Below are positions 31,816-32,000 of a stretch of DNA of 32,000 nucleotides, piece by piece. Position numbers and translations under genes: made by a program. The stretch's first letter is position 1. The number at the start of each line of letters is the position of its first letter. Source of the stretch: Massilicoli timonensis (GTDB taxonomy: Bacteria > Bacillota_I > Bacilli_A > Erysipelotrichales > Erysipelotrichaceae); assembly GCF_900199515.1 (NCBI RefSeq), contig NZ_LT963434.1:1682180-1714179 (forward strand), in the 5' to 3' direction. Under the pieces are notes generated by a model, which was not told the DNA's origin, searched no databases, and was given only the letters and a program-made list of their open reading frames with translations.

Positions 31816-32000
31816 TTATTCCATCTGCGACAAAATCTGCTTGGGCTTCAGCCGCATGGTGGAGATACTGGACACCAGCACCGCCGCCACCAGCAAAATG
31901 CCGCCCACGATAGCCACCAGCATGAAATGCTCCGGCGTGACGATGACATTCTCCGCCGCCTTACCGAACAGCGTACCCAGGGTGCCAGCCACTTGCTTGC
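31816..32000 (-). CDS. FtsX-like ABC permease, C-terminal end (the gene continues beyond the window).
   Basis: The minus-strand frame ends ...VLVSSISTMRLKPKQILSQME-stop (TAA at 31816-31818), a typical FtsX-family C-terminus upstream of its ATPase partner. Confidence 0.65.
   Translation of the reverse strand, partial: KQVAGTLGTLFGKAAENVIVTPEHFMLVAIVGGILLVAAVLVSSISTMRLKPKQILSQME

Larger units (their letters stand above)
18846..32000 (-). mobile_element. Second integrative (probably conjugative or mobilisable) element bounded on the left by a large serine recombinase. It continues beyond the right window edge.
   Basis: The recombinase is the terminal gene abutting the broken response-regulator gene. 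A co-directional minus-strand block carries sigma/HTH regulatory genes, Cys-rich KTR and cargo ABC/two-component modules typical of clostridial conjugative transposons. Confidence 0.5.

Overview
The window looks like an accessory region of a Firmicutes/Clostridia-type genome, built from at least two mobile elements. All family names are assigned by eye from motifs, with no database search. (1) Positions 1 to ~17.85 kb, all on the + strand, are the transfer and maintenance part of a conjugative element. It carries a Cna-B-repeat surface adhesin with a VPQTG sorting signal that runs in-frame into a class B sortase. Next comes an accessory slot with an AbiEi/AbiEii abortive-infection pair and a DUF1599-like/ThyX-like/dUTPase operon. 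This is followed by an XRE regulator divergent from a SLOG (DUF1273-like) gene, topoisomerase III and a cysteine-rich VLP protein. A chain of translationally coupled unknown genes, MobC and a MobA/VirD2-type relaxase complete it. (2) An AT-rich ~1 kb stretch holds a MarR gene and an OmpR-type response-regulator gene that is cut off after its receiver domain. (3) From ~18.85 kb to the window end, almost all on the - strand, is a second element bounded by a large serine recombinase. It contains a MazF-like toxin fused to a zinc ribbon and a ~450-bp GC-rich non-coding gap. It also carries two ~95% identical copies of a small sigma-70-family gene with its structured leader. These copies flank a LanFEG/Cpr-like ABC transporter plus two-component resistance cassette. 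The element ends in an XRE / Cys-rich-KTR / MacB-type ABC module. I saw no rRNA, tRNA or CRISPR array. The most unusual observations are: (a) one ~30-aa C-terminal tail shared by five consecutive, otherwise unrelated proteins next to the relaxase; (b) the recombinase ORF reading across the element junction into the antisense strand of its target gene; (c) the adhesin-sortase single ORF; (d) the antitoxin-less MazF-zinc-ribbon gene; (e) a ThyX-like protein in which both signature arginines are glutamine.
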